A stretch of 64,000 bases of DNA from an uncultured Gammaproteobacteria bacterium (GTDB taxonomy: Bacteria > Patescibacteriota > Patescibacteriia > UBA9570). Of the stretch, positions 59,912-64,000 are shown piece by piece. Numbering within the stretch: position 1 is the stretch's first letter; the number at the start of each line of letters is the position of its first letter. The position numbers and the translations under genes are program-made. Below the pieces are notes generated by a model. It saw only the letters and a program-made list of their open reading frames with translations. It did no database searches and was not told where the DNA came from. Location of the stretch: assembly GCA_964385285.1 (NCBI GenBank), contig CAYLOJ010000001.1, forward strand, positions 24,537 to 88,536, in the 5' to 3' direction.

Positions 59912-60802
59912 ATGGCAACACATCACCTTAAGGCCAAAGCATTTTATGATCGCTCAAGCGAGCTGAGTTTGAGTAAGCCTTGGTATCGCGCACAAGTAGA
60001 GCGCTTTGTATTAGGTAATCTAGATAGTGATGCCTATAGCGATCAAACCTCCAAGAAATTAATTCCACGCACACTGGTTGCCACTGCCTACATCACCACA
60101 AAGCAGGCTGGAGTCATTGCTGGCTTGGCAGAGATTAGTTGGTTATGTAAACGCGAAGGTCTGACCATTCAGTTGTATGTTAAAGATGGACGGGGAGTCA
60201 AAGCCAATGCAAAGATCATCAAAATCGTGGGGAACGCCAGAACAATTCTTCGGGTGGAACGGACGGTTTTGAATACCCTGCAACACCTTTCAGGCATCGC
60301 CACTCGCACACGTCATTATCTGCATAACGTTAAACCAGGCGTGCTACTCGCTGCCACTCGCAAAACACTATGGGGTGGGCTAGATAAGAAAGCCGTGGCG
60401 TTAGGCGGAGGATATACACATCGCCTACATTTGGGCGACGGTGTCATGGTGAAAGATAATCACATTGCACTGGTTGAACATACTACTTTACAAAACACAC
60501 GTTGGGAGAAACAACTGTGCGAGTTAGAGGTAGATTCACTAGCACAATTGAAGCGGGCAGTGATTCATTATCCTCAATTTCGCATCCTCATGCTGGATAA
60601 TTTTTCTCCTGAAAAAATTCGTCTAGCGGTACGTTGGATGGAACAGCAACATGTGCGTCAACACTATATTCTGGAGGCTTCCGGAGGCATTCATATTGGG
60701 AATCTTAAAGCGTTTAGTTACAGCGGTGTTGACGTCGTCTCGATGGGAGCATTAACACATTCTGCGCCTGCACTTGATTTATCTCTAGAATTAATCGTAT
60801 GA
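59912..60802 (+). CDS. nadC: Nicotinate-nucleotide diphosphorylase (quinolinate phosphoribosyltransferase)
   Basis: ERTVLN.LQHLSGIAT, ATRKT, HRLHL.D.VMVKDNH, ELEVD, MLDNF, EASGGI, SMGALTHS. Confidence 0.93.
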   Translation: MATHHLKAKAFYDRSSELSLSKPWYRAQVERFVLGNLDSDAYSDQTSKKLIPRTLVATAYITTKQAGVIAGLAEISWLCKREGLTIQLYVKDGRGVKANAKIIKIVGNARTILRVERTVLNTLQHLSGIATRTRHYLHNVKPGVLLAATRKTLWGGLDKKAVALGGGYTHRLHLGDGVMVKDNHIALVEHTTLQNTRWEKQLCELEVDSLAQLKRAVIHYPQFRILMLDNFSPEKIRLAVRWMEQQHVRQHYILEASGGIHIGNLKAFSYSGVDVVSMGALTHSAPALDLSLELIV

Positions 60803-62262
60803 CACCCGTCATTCCGCAACGCGAGGTAATTATTGTGGGTAGTGGGATTGCCGGCCTGTATTGTGCGTTGTGGTGTGCACAGCACAGCAAAGTACGCCTG
60901 ATTACCAAGAATAAAATTGTAGAGAGCAGCTCAAGTTATGCTCAAGGTGGCATTGCAGCCGTTCTGGATGATCATGATAGTTTTCAACGACATATTCAGG
61001 ATACGCTGGCAGCTGGTGCGCAGCACAACAAGCGCTCAGCGGTCGAAGTGTTAGTTAAAGAAGCCCCGCAACATATTGCATCACTTATTCAGCTCGGAGT
61101 TGATTTTTCACTTAATCCTTCCGGAACACTGGATCTTGGCCGAGAAGGCGGACACACGAATCGCCGCATCGTACATGCAAAGGATATGACCGGGTTGGCT
61201 GTAGAGCGCGCATTGATTGCCGCTGTAAAGCGTCACAAAAATATTCACATTCAGCAATGGGAGTTTGCACTAGACTTAATCAAAGACCGAAAAAAAATCG
61301 TTGGTGTCCGTACGGTCAAAAAAAATTATTATGCGGACGCCGTTATTTTAGCCACCGGCGGAGCTGGCCAGATGTATCCCTATACCTCTAATCCAACCGT
61401 AGTCACAGGGGATGGAATTGCCATGGCCATGCGGGCAGGTGCCAAAGCGGCAGATATGGAGTTTGTGCAGTTCCATCCGACCGCCTATTATATTCCCGGC
61501 AAACGCCCATTTTTATTATCAGAAGCGTTGCGTGGTGAGGGAGCCTATTTGCGCAACGTCCTAGGAAACCGCTTCGTCAATGAATTGAAGCCCCGGGATT
61601 ATGTGAGTCGTGCCGTCTACCGCCAACAGCGGCAAGGTCTGGTTTACTTGGATTTCAGACACGCCAAGAAGACGTTTTTGCAGCAGCGTTTTCCAGGAAT
61701 CTATCAACAATTGAGTAAAGATCATTTAATGTTGGAACGTGATTTAATTCCGATTACACCAGTGGCGCATTACTTCTGTGGGGGCATTAAGACCGACCTG
61801 TACGGACGTAGCTCGTTACCGGGACTCTACGTTATTGGAGAGGCAGCCCAAACTGGTGTACATGGTGCTAATCGACTCGCCAGTAATTCGCTATTGGAAT
61901 GTTTAGTATTTGGCTACAGAGCAGCACAGCAAATTAAAAAATTAGTTCCAAATCCACGCCGCCCAAAGACCATTTCTAAACCTTACCGTTTAGTGGCTGA
62001 TCGAGATGATACGTACATCGGTTTACGCCAACAACTACAAAATGTCATGTGGGAAGCGGGCGGGATTGTACGTACACGTGCGGGATTAACTGCTGGATTA
62101 GCCGAGATCCGCATTATCCATCGAATCCTCATCAGTGAGCTGAAACGCAAACCCACGCTGCTTGCGTTAGAGCTATCAAATCTAGCTACTGTAGGCGAGG
62201 CAGTCTTGGCCGCTGCGCTCAAACGGAGGATAAGTCTCGGTTGCCATTATCGCGTAAATTAG
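60799..62262 (+). CDS. nadB: L-aspartate oxidase
   Basis: GSGIAGL, SSYAQGGIA, EGGH..RIVH, LATGG, EFVQFHPT, SEALRGEG, PRDYV, AHYFCGG, HGANRLASNSL. Confidence 0.93.
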   Translation: MTPVIPQREVIIVGSGIAGLYCALWCAQHSKVRLITKNKIVESSSSYAQGGIAAVLDDHDSFQRHIQDTLAAGAQHNKRSAVEVLVKEAPQHIASLIQLGVDFSLNPSGTLDLGREGGHTNRRIVHAKDMTGLAVERALIAAVKRHKNIHIQQWEFALDLIKDRKKIVGVRTVKKNYYADAVILATGGAGQMYPYTSNPTVVTGDGIAMAMRAGAKAADMEFVQFHPTAYYIPGKRPFLLSEALRGEGAYLRNVLGNRFVNELKPRDYVSRAVYRQQRQGLVYLDFRHAKKTFLQQRFPGIYQQLSKDHLMLERDLIPITPVAHYFCGGIKTDLYGRSSLPGLYVIGEAAQTGVHGANRLASNSLLECLVFGYRAAQQIKKLVPNPRRPKTISKPYRLVADRDDTYIGLRQQLQNVMWEAGGIVRTRAGLTAGLAEIRIIHRILISELKRKPTLLALELSNLATVGEAVLAAALKRRISLGCHYRVN

Positions 62263-62269
62263 ATATTGT
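62241..62269 (+). promoter_or_regulatory. Promoter for tRNA-Pro
   Basis: TTGCCA-N17-TATTGT, 12 nt before the tRNA. Confidence 0.5.
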
Positions 62270-62281
62270 AGGGGCATCAAA

Positions 62282-62354
62282 CGGGGATTAGCGCAGTTGG
62301 TAGCGCGTGCGATTCGGGTTCGCAAGGTCAAGAGTTCGAGTCTCTTATCCCCGA
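62282..62354 (+). tRNA. tRNA-Pro(CGG), CCA not encoded
   Basis: Acceptor stem CGGGGAT/ATCCCCG, D arm GCGC..GCGC, anticodon stem TGCGA/TCGCA with loop TT-CGG-GT, T arm AAGAG-TTCGAGT-CTCTT, discriminator A. Confidence 0.95.
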
Positions 62355-62359
62355 CACAA

Positions 62360-63784
62360 ATGTTGACCTTTACTCCTAGTCTTTTCTTTAAATACGCCAC
62401 CTGCCCACACTGGATCTGGCGTGATTTGTTTGCGGACCAGAAGCGCAAGGGGGAGATGCCCGAACTAGCAAAAAAACTACTGGAGCAAGGTGTCTTACAT
62501 GAAGAAGAATACATCAGGGATTTACAAGTTGAGACAGTAGACACTCAACTAGGTGAAGCTGGTTACGCAGAAACCCAACGCCTCATGGCACAGGGTGTCC
62601 CGCTCATTTATCAAGGCTCCATCCGCGCTGAGATTGATGGCGTACGCTATCAGGGACGTCCGGATTTACTGGAAAAGGTGACTGGCTATTCAAAATTGGG
62701 TGATTACTATTATCGTCCGATTGATATTAAAAATTCGAAAGATCTCAAACCAGCCCATTGGTTACAGCTCACATTGTATGCCATTATTTTGGAACAGCTG
62801 CAGGGAGTATTTCCACAAGAATGTGCAATCATCAATAGCGAGCATGTTCAATTGGAAGTCACGCTCTCAGAGCTGAATCGCGCAAAAACTTGGTCAAAAA
62901 TCAAAGATATTCTCGCAGTGATGAATGGCCAGAAACCACCACTTAAACTGGTGAGCAGTTGCAAACAAAACCCATGGTTTAGCGAGTGTATTCGTGAGGC
63001 CGAATTAGCCGACGACATTGCGTTAATCTACAAACTCGATAGCCGTGCGATGGAGGTCTTACGTACCATGGGAATCAAAACAGTCCATGATGCAGCAGCC
63101 ATGGATATTAATCGTCTCCCGGCTATCCCATTCACGAGCCGCACAGCAATGAAACGCGTCCACTTGCAAGCCCAATCACTCGTATCCAGAACGATCCATT
63201 GGCTGAATACACCCACCATTCCTGATGCTAAATTAAAAATCTATTTTGATATTGAAGGCGACCCTTTGCTCCAAGTGCAATATTTATTTGGCTTTTGGAT
63301 TGTGGACGGCCAGCAGGCACCGTATTACAAATATTTTTTAGCAGAGCAACCGGGTGATGAGGGAAAAATGTGGGGGGAATTTTTAGCCTGGCTCGATTCG
63401 CTACCCATCAATGATTGTCAGGTTTATCACTTTGCTGATTATGAGCGTTCACGTTGCTTGGGAATGGCAAAACAGTATGGTGGAGAATCCGCTATTGCAC
63501 GGTTCATTACACGCTTCATTGATCTTTCAACGATCGTGCAAGAATCAGTCATTTTTCCCCTCTATTTTTATTCCATCAAAGATATCGCTAAATCTAAGTT
63601 TTTAAATTACAAGTGGCGCCACCCGAAGGCCGGTGGGGCCCAAAGTATCTTTTGGTATGAAAAATGGCTAGAAACAGGGGATCGACAAGTACTGCAGGAT
63701 ATTGTGGACTATAATGAAGATGATGTGATCGCGACGGAATACTTGCATCAGTGGCTAATAAGCCAAACACATCCACGCTTGTAA
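62360..63784 (+). CDS. TM0106-family RecB-like nuclease with C-terminal RNase H-like domain
   Basis: Start moved to MLTFTPS (the ORF-track extension overlaps the tRNA); C.H.IW, GRPDLL..Y.PIDIK, LQL..Y, YFDIE, QYLFG, YSIKDIA, YNEDDV.AT. Confidence 0.82.
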   Translation: MLTFTPSLFFKYATCPHWIWRDLFADQKRKGEMPELAKKLLEQGVLHEEEYIRDLQVETVDTQLGEAGYAETQRLMAQGVPLIYQGSIRAEIDGVRYQGRPDLLEKVTGYSKLGDYYYRPIDIKNSKDLKPAHWLQLTLYAIILEQLQGVFPQECAIINSEHVQLEVTLSELNRAKTWSKIKDILAVMNGQKPPLKLVSSCKQNPWFSECIREAELADDIALIYKLDSRAMEVLRTMGIKTVHDAAAMDINRLPAIPFTSRTAMKRVHLQAQSLVSRTIHWLNTPTIPDAKLKIYFDIEGDPLLQVQYLFGFWIVDGQQAPYYKYFLAEQPGDEGKMWGEFLAWLDSLPINDCQVYHFADYERSRCLGMAKQYGGESAIARFITRFIDLSTIVQESVIFPLYFYSIKDIAKSKFLNYKWRHPKAGGAQSIFWYEKWLETGDRQVLQDIVDYNEDDVIATEYLHQWLISQTHPRL

Positions 63785-63790
63785 CTCGCT

Positions 63791-64000
63791 ATGGTCTTTA
63801 CCATTGTGGACACTCAAGAAAGCGAAATGATCGCGGCAGCTAGTCGCGGAGAGGAAGCTGCGCTTAGTTGGCTGTATACACGCTATCAACCGCTTGTTTT
63901 GGGCTACCTAATCCGCTTATTAGGTTCAGTACCACTAGCCGAAGATCTGTGCCAGGATAGCTTCTTAAAGGCGTTTAGAGCCCTAAAGAGTTATCGCGGT
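63791..64000 (+). CDS. ECF-type RNA polymerase sigma-70 factor (partial, runs off right edge)
   Basis: Manual translation ...IAAASRGEEAALSWLYTRYQPLV.GYL.RL.G....AEDLCQDSFLKAF..LKSYRG (sigma region 2). Confidence 0.8.
   Translation, partial: MVFTIVDTQESEMIAAASRGEEAALSWLYTRYQPLVLGYLIRLLGSVPLAEDLCQDSFLKAFRALKSYRG

Noticed and set aside
62297-62359. N-terminal extension of the 495-aa ORF
   Set aside because: Lies inside tRNA-Pro; the plausible start is ATG 62360.
62360-63784. Cas4-like nuclease suggesting CRISPR-Cas
   Set aside because: No repeat-spacer array or cas genes in the window; the architecture fits the stand-alone TM0106 family.

Overview
Gene-dense, single-copy chromosomal window in genetic code 11. 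It most likely comes from a Patescibacteria/CPR (Parcubacteria/ABY1-like) genome. This is an inference from the dimeric-type GlyRS, the short MetRS, the DUF5663-like gene, tiny or overlapping intergenic spaces, the lack of Shine-Dalgarno motifs, and the presence of L1 and L9. Left to right: (1) a surface-glycan locus (1-19 kb) with two Wzx-like flippases, three tandem alkaline-phosphatase-superfamily paralogues, a GT-C/ArnT-like protein, five GT2/GT4 glycosyltransferases and an rmlA-C-B-D operon interrupted by a sensor-less GGDEF gene; (2) housekeeping genes (murA, S41 protease, rplI, pyrG, rpmA, glyQS, M16 peptidase, AI-2E, metG, CvpA, TatD, RmuC); (3) a complete F1Fo ATP synthase operon whose c subunit carries most of the Na+-binding signature; (4) a divergent three-gene unit: DUF5663-like gene, an unannotated 57-aa coiled-coil gene and a 1731-aa PP2C-phosphatase/membrane/repeat protein with effector-like architecture; (5) pheST, gyrB, secE-nusG-rplK-rplA; (6) a pyrimidine-nucleotide cluster running into a complete de novo NAD pathway (nadE, nadM-like, nadA, nadC, nadB), unusual for this group; (7) tRNA-Pro(CGG), a TM0106-type nuclease and a partial ECF sigma factor. 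Across the window, near-consensus sigma70 promoters sit 6-9 nt before start codons, pointing to widespread leaderless mRNA. No CRISPR array, rRNA, integrase or transposase was seen. Family assignments come from recognising motifs by eye, not from database searches.
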